Made by a program: the position numbers and the translations under genes. A DNA stretch of 64,000 bases from Bacteriovoracaceae bacterium (GTDB taxonomy: Bacteria; Bdellovibrionota; Bacteriovoracia; Bacteriovoracales; Bacteriovoracaceae): contig JBLWTJ010000002.1 in the NCBI GenBank assembly GCA_048270185.1, positions 384,001 to 448,000 on the forward strand, written 5' to 3'. The notes under the pieces were generated by a model that searched no databases, had not been told where the DNA came from, and saw only the letters and a program-made list of their open reading frames with translations. Below, in pieces: positions 19,291 to 27,731 of the stretch; position 1 is the first letter of the stretch, and each line of letters starts with the position of its first letter.

Positions 19291-20484
19291 TTAAGAAAAC
19301 TCCTCTCTTAGACCTTGTGCCATTGACTTCGAATCAAGTCGCTTAAGAACTACCAGTGTTAAGAATAGAATAAATATAAGTGATAGACAGCCAACAATTA
19401 AAATATCTTTAAAAGATAAATAGAGCTCAATACGATTGAGATGATAGACGTCTGTTGGCAGTGAAAAAATATCAAGTGTCTGTAGTAAGTAATCAAAGAT
19501 TTCAACGCAGATAAGTGAGCCGATAAAGGCAATGAACCAAATACCAATATTTTGAATAAGCCAGAGGCTCCTAAACTTACGCGGAGAAAGGCCGATGGCA
19601 TAGAGTAGAAAAATTTCTTGAGATCTTCTTTCCTTTGAAAAAATTATGAAGGCCAGGCAATTAAAGATTGCTAGGATTACAACAATTGAAAAGACAATTG
19701 AGATCATATATTTTTCAAATTCGACGGCCTTTAAGAAAGTCTCAAAATCACTCCAGTAAGGAGCAATACTATAATTATAATAGAAGATACTTCTCATATC
19801 AGAGACGACTTCACTAATCTTATCAATTGAACGATGATCCTGATCTAGTCTTAGGCTCATCATATTAATCTTCTTATCCACCCCTAAAAGGGTTTGAAGA
19901 TTCTTTAGATTTACATATACAAATCGATTTCGATATTCATGAATTTTAAACGGAACAACTGCAGTAACTTTGAGAACAGAGCTGGTTGGCAGATAGCGCT
20001 CCCCTAGCTTTCCAGCAGAGAAACTAAATCTTAATGTATCGCCTTTTCTCACACCAAGAGTGTTAGCAAGTAGATCACCAATAATGACTTCGTTTGCTTT
20101 AGGTGCAAAAAGTTCATTCTTAAGTTTTAATACTGATTCATCAATACCAACAACAAAAACAGCCTTTCCTTTATCATTGAAATTTACAAATGACTGTGTT
20201 CGAAGCATTGGAATTTTTGATTCAATCGGAAAATTTGCAAGATCCTTTTCTTCATTTTCGTTGAGATTAAAGAAGCCATTTGTGGCCGTCATAATAACCT
20301 CACCACTTCCTGCATTTAGTGACTTCTTAAGAGTTACCCCAAAGCCATCCATTAGGGCGAGGCTACACAAAATGACTGCAAGAGAGAACATAAGTCCTAA
20401 TATAGTCGCACCAATAAAGTAACGTGAAGATCGATCACGAAAAAAAAGTAATTGGAAATCTTTTAATAGATAAAAGAAGCTCAA
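19291..20484 (-). CDS. LolC/E-like (FtsX/MacB family) lipoprotein-releasing permease
   Basis: One N-terminal TM (LMDGF), a periplasmic domain and three C-terminal TMs; paired with lolD upstream of bamA. Confidence 0.8.
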   Translation of the reverse strand: MSFFYLLKDFQLLFFRDRSSRYFIGATILGLMFSLAVILCSLALMDGFGVTLKKSLNAGSGEVIMTATNGFFNLNENEEKDLANFPIESKIPMLRTQSFVNFNDKGKAVFVVGIDESVLKLKNELFAPKANEVIIGDLLANTLGVRKGDTLRFSFSAGKLGERYLPTSSVLKVTAVVPFKIHEYRNRFVYVNLKNLQTLLGVDKKINMMSLRLDQDHRSIDKISEVVSDMRSIFYYNYSIAPYWSDFETFLKAVEFEKYMISIVFSIVVILAIFNCLAFIIFSKERRSQEIFLLYAIGLSPRKFRSLWLIQNIGIWFIAFIGSLICVEIFDYLLQTLDIFSLPTDVYHLNRIELYLSFKDILIVGCLSLIFILFLTLVVLKRLDSKSMAQGLREEFS

Positions 20485-20487
20485 GCT

Positions 20488-21619
20488 CTAGTTTTCCTTT
20501 TTGCCATCAACCGACCAACGAAGGTAAGCATCCATAAAGCCATCAACATCTCCATCTAAAACTTTTTCAGCTTGTGATGATTCAAAGTTAGTACGATGAT
20601 CTTTAACCATTTTATATGGATGAAGAACATAAGAGCGAATCTGTGCACCCCAACCAATCTCTTTCTTATTGGCCTCTTCTTCAGCAGCCGCTTCTCTTTG
20701 CTTTTCAAGCTCTAATTCATAAAGTCTCGACTTTAGAACTTTCATGGCCTGAATTTTATTTTGTAATTGTGACCTTTCGTTCTGACATGTTACAACCAAT
20801 CCTGTCGGATGGTGAGTAATCCTAACTGCAGAGTCCGTTGTATTAACAGACTGTCCACCTGCTCCACCAGAGCGGTATACATCAATTCGAATATCTTTAT
20901 CTGCTACTTCAATTTCAATATCATCATCAACTTCAGGTGAAACAAAAATTGAAGCAAAAGAAGTGTGTCTTCTACTAGCTGAATCAAAAGGAGAGATGCG
21001 AACTAGACGGTGCACACCTGTTTCTGATTTTAAATTTCCGTAAGCGTAATTACCTTCGATTAACATCGTTGCAGATTTAATTCCGGCACTATCTCCATCT
21101 TGCACGTCGAGAACCTGTACTTTAAATTTCTTGTGTTCGGCCCATCGATTAATCATACGAAAGAGCATACTTGCCCAGTCACATGATTCTGTACCACCAG
21201 CACCTGCATTAATACTAACGATAGCATTATTTTGGTCGGCATCATCTGAAAGAAGAACCTTCAATTCGGCCTTATTAAAAGCTTCTAGAAATTGTTGTGT
21301 TAATTCAATTGCAGATACTGCAGACTCTTCATCCCCTTCACTTGCGTATTCAAGAAGGATTTCAAATTCATCATAGAGATCTTTTAACTTTGTATAAGTT
21401 CCTACAACGTCTTCTAATAAGTTTTTTTCTTTCTGAACTTTGGCGGCGTTTTGGTTATCATCCCAGAATCCAGGGAGGGCCTCCATATCTTGAATTTCAC
21501 TTATACGTGCTGACTTTTGGTCAACATCAAAGTGACCTCCTAAGGCTTGCTAATTTATCCTTATAGTCGGCCATTAATGATTTCTTCTCACCTAATTGTA
21601 TGCGAATACTTTCTTCCAT
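20488..21619 (-). CDS. prfB: Peptide chain release factor 2 with programmed +1 frameshift (about 376 aa)
   Basis: SPF and GGQ motifs; frame 0 runs from ATG 21619 (overlapping ybeY stop) for 30 codons to CTT-TGA, then continues +1 into the 20488..21486 ORF. Confidence 0.96.
21526..21541 (-). promoter_or_regulatory. prfB frameshift cassette: internal Shine-Dalgarno plus slippery CTT-TGA
   Basis: Minus strand AGGAGG-TCA-CTT-TGA-T. Confidence 0.95.
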
Positions 21620-22161
21620 TATTTCCTAGCCTTTTTAATTTTTAAAAGTATCTCTTTTTCAAGAGCTTCCATAATATCTTCTTCTTTTTGAGAAATTTCG
21701 TGATCATATCCTAACAAATGCAGGAGTCCATGACAAAACAAGTGAATAACCTCTTGTTCGAGATTTAGATCAAATTCCTTTGCTTGCTTGGCCGCGACAT
21801 TACGACTGATAATGATGTCCCCTAACATAACCGGTCCAGGCAGAACGAAATCCGTACTATCAGGTCTAAGAGAATCATACATAGGGAATGAAAGAACATC
21901 TGTCGTCTTATTTTTACCTCGATGATCGCGGTTAATTTGCTTCATACGAGTATCACCGCAAAAATGGAGATCGACTTCAATCTCAACGTGAGTTTTCTTA
22001 TTTAAACAAGTATTTCTTGAGTAAAGAAAATTGCTTAAGACAATCAGTGAGTCTTTTATGATTTTTTCGCACTTGCTTAGCCCCCAAGTCGAGCGTGCGT
22101 TATCTGTAATATTCACAGATAAACGAGAGTTATTCACAGAAATGGATTTGCGTTGAGTCAT
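21619..22161 (-). CDS. ybeY: rRNA maturation endoribonuclease YbeY
   Basis: N..HRGK.KTTDVLSF, LGDIII, HGLLHLLGYDH. Confidence 0.93.
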   Translation of the reverse strand: MTQRKSISVNNSRLSVNITDNARSTWGLSKCEKIIKDSLIVLSNFLYSRNTCLNKKTHVEIEVDLHFCGDTRMKQINRDHRGKNKTTDVLSFPMYDSLRPDSTDFVLPGPVMLGDIIISRNVAAKQAKEFDLNLEQEVIHLFCHGLLHLLGYDHEISQKEEDIMEALEKEILLKIKKARK

Positions 22162-22225
22162 TATTTCTTTTCTCTTTGCTTGGGTGTAGTATTAATTCAT
22201 TAGATTATATTACTAAGGCCAAGTT

Positions 22226-23029
22226 ATGTCACTAAGCGAGATGGAAAGATTAAGAGAAGTTGTCGCCAAATTAAGAGATCCAAAGGATGGTTGTCCTTGG
22301 GACTTAAAGCAGACACATCGATCTCTTCTAAAGTATTTAATGGAAGAATCTTATGAGTACATGCATGCTGTCGAAGAGAATAATTTCTCAAAGATGGAAG
22401 ATGAACTAGGAGACGTACTCTTACAAGTTGTCCTCCACTCTCAGCTAGCGAGTGAAGTTGGTAAGTTTGATTTAAACTCGGTTGCTAAAACTATCGCAGA
22501 CAAAATGGTTCGTCGCCACCCCCATGTTTTTACGGAAAATAAGGCCCGCGATATCAAAGAAATTAAAGACAACTGGGAAGCTATCAAGAAAGCCGAAAAG
22601 GCAAATGAAGATAGTCTTAAGAAGTACGAAATTTGTGATGAACTCCTTTCTTTTCCTGCCCTAACAAGCTCGGCCAAGATCGGTAAGAAAACTAACAAAA
22701 TAAACTTTGACTGGGAAGATTACACACAAGTAATGTATAAAGTCGAAGAAGAGTGGCAAGAGTTAAAAGAAGAAATTACTCCAGGACGTGAAATGAATAA
22801 AGAGCGCGTTCAAGAAGAATTAGGAGATCTTCTCTTCTCTGTTGCTCAACTTGCAAGACATCTGGAACTTGATCCAGAAGTAACGCTTCGAGAAGCAAAC
22901 CTTAAGTTTAAGAGAAGGTTTAATCAACTTGAAGATATTGCAAGAGATGAAGGAATAAGTATTCGCGAAAGTTCTCAATCTGAACTTGAAACCCTTTGGT
23001 CGCGTGTCAAAGAAATAGAAAAAAGTTAA
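22226..23029 (+). CDS. mazG: Nucleoside triphosphate pyrophosphohydrolase MazG
   Basis: LR...GCPWD..QT, EESYE, ELGDVLLQVV.H, RRHPHVF, second EEW.E / ELGDLLF domain. Confidence 0.94.
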   Translation: MSLSEMERLREVVAKLRDPKDGCPWDLKQTHRSLLKYLMEESYEYMHAVEENNFSKMEDELGDVLLQVVLHSQLASEVGKFDLNSVAKTIADKMVRRHPHVFTENKARDIKEIKDNWEAIKKAEKANEDSLKKYEICDELLSFPALTSSAKIGKKTNKINFDWEDYTQVMYKVEEEWQELKEEITPGREMNKERVQEELGDLLFSVAQLARHLELDPEVTLREANLKFKRRFNQLEDIARDEGISIRESSQSELETLWSRVKEIEKS

Positions 23030-23033
23030 CGGT

Positions 23034-23684
23034 ATGAAAGCATCACCAATCAAACTTAAAAAGAATTTTGTAACATTAAAACAAGAAAAGCGTCTTTATC
23101 AAATGCCTTGTCCCATTGTTGGACTAACGGGTGGTATCGCCACAGGTAAATCAACAGTCAGTAAGAGATTACATGAATTAAATTTCCCAATTGTTGATGC
23201 CGATGTACTTGTCAAAGAGGTTTATAAATCAAAAGAGTCTCTAGAGCATTTGAGAAAATATTATTCACAAGTTGTTAATGAAGATAACTCAATTAATTTT
23301 AAGTTATTAAGAGAATATTTCTTTCAAGATATTCAGATTCAAAATGATATTGAAAGTTTAATATATCGCCAATTACCTGATGTTTTTCTAAAAGCGTATA
23401 AAGAGCTAGGTTCACCAAAAGTTCTTATCTATGATGTACCTCTTCTCTTCGAAAAGAATTTAGATTCATTTATCGACTTCAAGGCCGTCGTCTATTGTCC
23501 TCGTGCAAAGCAGATGGAGCGTTTAATGGAAAGAGATGGGATAACAAAAGATCTAGCCTGTAAGATTCTCTCTAAGCAAATCGATATTGAAGAAAAGGCA
23601 AAGAGTGCTGACTTTGTTATCGATAACTCAGGAAAGCCAGAAGAGCTTAACTTGAATATGTTCTTAGAACACTTTGACTTATAG
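23034..23684 (+). CDS. coaE: Dephospho-CoA kinase
   Basis: VGLTGGIATGKST, VDAD, DVPLLFE, RLMERD, ADFVIDN. Confidence 0.93.
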   Translation: MKASPIKLKKNFVTLKQEKRLYQMPCPIVGLTGGIATGKSTVSKRLHELNFPIVDADVLVKEVYKSKESLEHLRKYYSQVVNEDNSINFKLLREYFFQDIQIQNDIESLIYRQLPDVFLKAYKELGSPKVLIYDVPLLFEKNLDSFIDFKAVVYCPRAKQMERLMERDGITKDLACKILSKQIDIEEKAKSADFVIDNSGKPEELNLNMFLEHFDL

Positions 23685-23686
23685 TT

Positions 23687-24541
23687 TTAAAATTTAAAAA
23701 TATTAACGTGATCAGAATGAGCGATATCAGGACAATCAAATACGCTTCTGTAAACATTGGTGTATTTACTCCATGGCCCTTTCACTTCTTGGCATAGTAC
23801 TAGATTTGCAGTCTTGTTCTTAGAGGGTGACTTTTGAATCTTATTCATTACACTTTGAAATCCTTCAGGACTTGCAAAGTGCAGTAATCTTCTTTCTCCA
23901 AGATGAAGCTTATCAATCTCATATTCCATCTTAGACAATGATTTTATTGTTTTAAAATTTCGATAACATTCTATTCGAGATGAATAAATTGCATCTTTTA
24001 AGTTATGAGAAGCTGAAAAACCATAAATATATTTTGAGTCTTGTTTATCAAAGACAATCGTAAAATATAAACCTAGTTCATTATCAAAATAAATAGCCGT
24101 CTTACTCTCTTCACTATAAGTGAGTTTTATATCGCCATTCCAAAAGGAAAGAAGTGCCCATCGTTCAAAAGCTTCTTGTATTGAGTTTCTCCTAGCAATA
24201 TTTCGAAGAATATTTGGATAAGCACTAAAACCAGAAGAATCGTTAATAATATCGTAGCCGAGATTGTTGTCTCCTTTAGTCTGAGAATAGGCCCATCTTT
24301 CTAGCGCCTCAGAAATAGATTTCATTAAAGCAACGACTTTATTTGAAGAACTCCCCATCCCGGCGGCATTAGAATGTATTTCATAATGAGGTTTGTATTT
24401 TAAGAGATCTTCATTCAGATATGCTAAGGCCTCAAAGCCTAACTCATCTTGAAGAATTTCTCTCTTCCGAACAATAATTCTTTCAAAAACTTCTTTATTA
24501 GAAAGTAGCTTGAAGTATTGAAGCATATTAATTTGAGCCAA
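23687..24541 (-). CDS. Short stand-alone YcaO-like protein
   Basis: YcaO-type ATP/Mg motifs G.G.......A..KSISEALER, DSSG.SA......A...SIQEAFER, YG.SA.....DA..SSRIE; only 284 aa. Confidence 0.75.
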   Translation of the reverse strand: MAQINMLQYFKLLSNKEVFERIIVRKREILQDELGFEALAYLNEDLLKYKPHYEIHSNAAGMGSSSNKVVALMKSISEALERWAYSQTKGDNNLGYDIINDSSGFSAYPNILRNIARRNSIQEAFERWALLSFWNGDIKLTYSEESKTAIYFDNELGLYFTIVFDKQDSKYIYGFSASHNLKDAIYSSRIECYRNFKTIKSLSKMEYEIDKLHLGERRLLHFASPEGFQSVMNKIQKSPSKNKTANLVLCQEVKGPWSKYTNVYRSVFDCPDIAHSDHVNIFKF

Positions 24542-25997
24542 GCCAATTGAAGTCTACAGGTGGTTGTAGCAAATTTATCTTACTAATATCAATAAAGGAT
24601 TTATAGAGTAAGCCATTTGAGAAATTAGCAATTGGCCAAATAACGGCTTGATCCCACAATTTTTGATTTACCTTTTGAATATCGATCTTTCCTTCTAGTA
24701 GAGGAGAAATACTTCCATCGATATCAGGTAAGCGAATTCCCTTAGATGATCGAAACATGAATCGAATATCATCATCTGGTTCTTCCACATGAACGCCGGT
24801 ATGGATGCCACATAGATCTAATTCATATTCTTTTAAACCTGATGCAAACTCCTTTCCTACAGTTTTTAGTGGTACGTCTTTACGTTCTGGTTTTGCCCCG
24901 ACTAAATTAGTGTTTAAGATGGCACTATCTAAGCTTTTCCAAAACTTGAAGTCACTATTGGTAAAATTTCTAAAATTTAATCGTGCGTTTTTAGTTTTTA
25001 ATTCATTTTCATTTGATACACTTGAATCAACAATCGACACTCCTTTAATTGAGCGTGGAAAGAAAGTTCGAAGAACGGCCATACCATCTTCTTCCATTTT
25101 CTTGTAAATGTGATCACGTATAATTCGACGATTTTCAATATTGTAGCAGATGCTATCAGGATGACTCCAAGACTGACATCTTAGGTACGCAATCCCTGTC
25201 TCGACACCACCAGAGAATTGATAAGCAGAACTCGCATCGACATTAATTGAAGTCCCTCGCTTTAAATCAACATTGTCTTTTTGACTTGAATCCCAAGTAA
25301 TAAGAATTTTTTCAAATCTACTTGAGTGACCAAAAGAATCAATATCTTGTCGTAACTTTAAAGTCAGCTTTTTATCCTCAAGACTTGGTTCCGCTACAAT
25401 ATATGATCCAGATGAAATTGGAGATAAATTTGCGATCCACTTTCCACTTTCATCATAATCTTTAGAGTTAGTTATTCCATAAATGCCAAAACTAGCGAAA
25501 TTAGTAAATCTCTCAACAGGCTTTATAAAATTGAATGTAACGCTTTCATTATCGTACACAAGACCTGCAATTTCCGAATTAATAGAATTTATATTTTCAT
25601 AACCTACAAGGAGATCTAGAAACTCATCTTTTGATTTCTTCTCTTTTAGTAAAAGAGCAATACGAGTGAAAGATTTAACAACCTCTTTTGGTCCTAGTAC
25701 ATCTCCATTAGAGAATTTTAGATTAGGCTTTATCTTAATTATCCACTTTGTCTTATCTTGATTAGTTGTCCAAGATTCAGCAATGTGCCCTACTGGACCT
25801 TCTGCAGAATAAAGTGTTGTTAAGCTAGCAAAAACCGAACGATAAACAGCATGGTGAGCTGAGTAGTCATACTCAAGCGGGTCACTGGAATAGGGAGCTG
25901 TTGGATAGAAGAATGTAATTTCTTTATTTTTTATTGTCATACAACCCGTTAATAAAAGTACAAAGAAACACAGTAAGGAATTTTTAACCCCATTCAT
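24528..25997 (-). CDS. Family 5 (OppA/DppA-like) substrate-binding lipoprotein
   Basis: Lipobox LTGC; family-5 N-terminal signature DP...VFASL...IAESW.....TKW.IKIKPNLKFSNG...V..SF.R. Confidence 0.75.
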   Translation of the reverse strand: MNGVKNSLLCFFVLLLTGCMTIKNKEITFFYPTAPYSSDPLEYDYSAHHAVYRSVFASLTTLYSAEGPVGHIAESWTTNQDKTKWIIKIKPNLKFSNGDVLGPKEVVKSFTRIALLLKEKKSKDEFLDLLVGYENINSINSEIAGLVYDNESVTFNFIKPVERFTNFASFGIYGITNSKDYDESGKWIANLSPISSGSYIVAEPSLEDKKLTLKLRQDIDSFGHSSRFEKILITWDSSQKDNVDLKRGTSINVDASSAYQFSGGVETGIAYLRCQSWSHPDSICYNIENRRIIRDHIYKKMEEDGMAVLRTFFPRSIKGVSIVDSSVSNENELKTKNARLNFRNFTNSDFKFWKSLDSAILNTNLVGAKPERKDVPLKTVGKEFASGLKEYELDLCGIHTGVHVEEPDDDIRFMFRSSKGIRLPDIDGSISPLLEGKIDIQKVNQKLWDQAVIWPIANFSNGLLYKSFIDISKINLLQPPVDFNWLGSN

Positions 25998-26250
25998 TTG
26001 TTGTATTTCTCTCTAGAATATCTTTAAGAGGAATTTTAATTCTATCAGACATTTCCTTCAACTGGTCAATAGTCATCTGATCAATTTCCATTTGAATGTC
26101 TTTTAAATCTTTAATTTCTTTCGCTTCTTTATCTTTATGCTTATTCAAGTAATCTTTTAAAGCTTCATCAAGATCAGTTAAAACCACTTCTTGGGCCAGT
26201 GAAGTTAAAGACAATAGCAGAAATAGAATTGAACTAAATAATTTACACAT
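25984..26250 (-). CDS. Small secreted protein, putative peptide precursor (88 aa, ends ERNTTNEWG)
   Basis: ATG at 26250 after AGAAGG; signal peptide MCKLFSSILFLLLSLTSLA|Q; stop overlaps the start of the binding-protein gene. Confidence 0.7.
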   Translation of the reverse strand: MCKLFSSILFLLLSLTSLAQEVVLTDLDEALKDYLNKHKDKEAKEIKDLKDIQMEIDQMTIDQLKEMSDRIKIPLKDILERNTTNEWG

Positions 26251-26332
26251 AATACCTTCTCTCTTTATTAGCGATTCTTGGTGTGATAACAAAACCTAAG
26301 TAGTTGATCAATACAACAAGAAAACTTTACAC

Positions 26333-27703
26333 ATGAAAAAACAAGTAAAATCCAATATTTATCCGTTTTTTGGAATCTTTCTAGTATTCTTTACACTACT
26401 ATCCTTCCAATTTACCTTAAATGAATATGCTAAAAATCAAGCCAATAACGTCAAACAACTTATATCCTATGATCTTGCTATTAACGATTCACTATCGGCT
26501 TCAAAGAAGCTTGCAAATATAGCGGCCAGCTCTCATGCTATCTGTATCATTGCAAAAAATAACAATCATAAATTTTATACTTATGGTAATGAGTGTAAAA
26601 CTAGCTTCTTTTCTAGAACTCTAAATATACAACAAAAAGAAAACCCAAATTACCTTATTACATTAACTGTAAGATTACCTTTTTCTATTGAAATTATCTT
26701 TACCCTGCTTGTAATAGTTGTTGTTATTTCAACTTTCCTACTTTCAAAATACGCACGTAAACTAAACCTACAAATAATTGAAGCTGAACTTGAGAAAAAA
26801 TCGGCCCTCATCAAGCTTTCATCTAAAATAGCTCATGATATTAGAAGCCCTATTATTGCCTTAAGACAGTCTTTGAAAAATAATAGTAAAGAACTTGCAT
26901 TAAGTTCATTAGAAATGATTGAAGGGATTGCAGACCAACTTTTAGATGAAAGAAAGAAAGGCATTAACTCAGTCATTGAAGTTTCTAAAGTTGTTACTGA
27001 AGTTATCTCTGAGAAGTCATTAACTCATAAGAATATCACTATCATTAATAGTATTAAGAATAATCCAAAAGTCATAGCTAATCGAATCAAGATTAAATCT
27101 ATCCTATCTAATCTTCTAAATAACTCGATTGAAGCTGGAGCGACAAAGATTGAGATCGAAACGTCCGAATCAACGACTATTAACTTAGAAATTAGAGATA
27201 ATGGACCAGGCTTTCCCGATTCAGTACTAAAGTCTTTTACAACAAATACTCCACTTGGAACAAAGAAAGGAAGTAATGCAATAGGACTGTTTACTGCAAA
27301 AGAGTACGCAGAGAGTATTGGCGCAAAGGTTAATATCTCAAATAATAAAGGCCACGCTCTAGTAGAATTTAGCTTTCAAATCGTTCCTAACGAAAATAAG
27401 CAAACTGTACTTATCGATGATGATCGAATCAACCGAGCAACCTGGGAAATGTCCTTCAAAAAAGAAAATTTAAAGCTGATTACATTTGGATCCACAAAAG
27501 AGTTCTTACAATCTCCACCAGATAAAGACAGTATTATCTATATCGATTCAGATCTTGGAGAAAGTATTTCAGGCCAAGATTTCGCTAAGAAACTATTCAA
27601 TGACGGCTACAAGAATCTTCATCTAGCAACAGGCTACTCTTCTGATGATTTTAAAGAATATACATTTTTAAAGTCGATAATTGGTAAAACACCACCGATA
27701 TAA
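26333..27703 (+). CDS. Membrane hybrid sensor histidine kinase with C-terminal receiver domain
   Basis: Two TMs flanking a ~90-aa periplasmic domain; H-box AHDIRSP, N-box NLLNNSIEA, G1 DNGPG, G2 GSNAIGL; receiver LIDDD..IDSDLG..LATG..GK.P. Confidence 0.9.
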   Translation: MKKQVKSNIYPFFGIFLVFFTLLSFQFTLNEYAKNQANNVKQLISYDLAINDSLSASKKLANIAASSHAICIIAKNNNHKFYTYGNECKTSFFSRTLNIQQKENPNYLITLTVRLPFSIEIIFTLLVIVVVISTFLLSKYARKLNLQIIEAELEKKSALIKLSSKIAHDIRSPIIALRQSLKNNSKELALSSLEMIEGIADQLLDERKKGINSVIEVSKVVTEVISEKSLTHKNITIINSIKNNPKVIANRIKIKSILSNLLNNSIEAGATKIEIETSESTTINLEIRDNGPGFPDSVLKSFTTNTPLGTKKGSNAIGLFTAKEYAESIGAKVNISNNKGHALVEFSFQIVPNENKQTVLIDDDRINRATWEMSFKKENLKLITFGSTKEFLQSPPDKDSIIYIDSDLGESISGQDFAKKLFNDGYKNLHLATGYSSDDFKEYTFLKSIIGKTPPI

Positions 27704-27728
27704 AAAAGGCTCCATTAGGAGCCTTTTT
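27702..27728. terminator. Bidirectional terminator
   Basis: AAAAAAGGCTCC-ATTA-GGAGCCTTTTT between convergent genes. Confidence 0.85.
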
Positions 27729-27731
27729 ATT

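Noticed and set aside
20488..21619. prfB pseudogene or sequencing error
   Set aside because: The in-frame TGA sits in the canonical SD-CTT-TGA programmed frameshift context.
22108..22140. DnaA boxes / replication origin (ATATTCACA, TTATTCACA)
   Set aside because: Only two boxes, inside the ybeY frame, with no origin-type gene context.
23687..27703. Intact mobile element or complete ABC importer
   Set aside because: No integrase, transposase or flanking repeats seen; no permease or ATPase genes.
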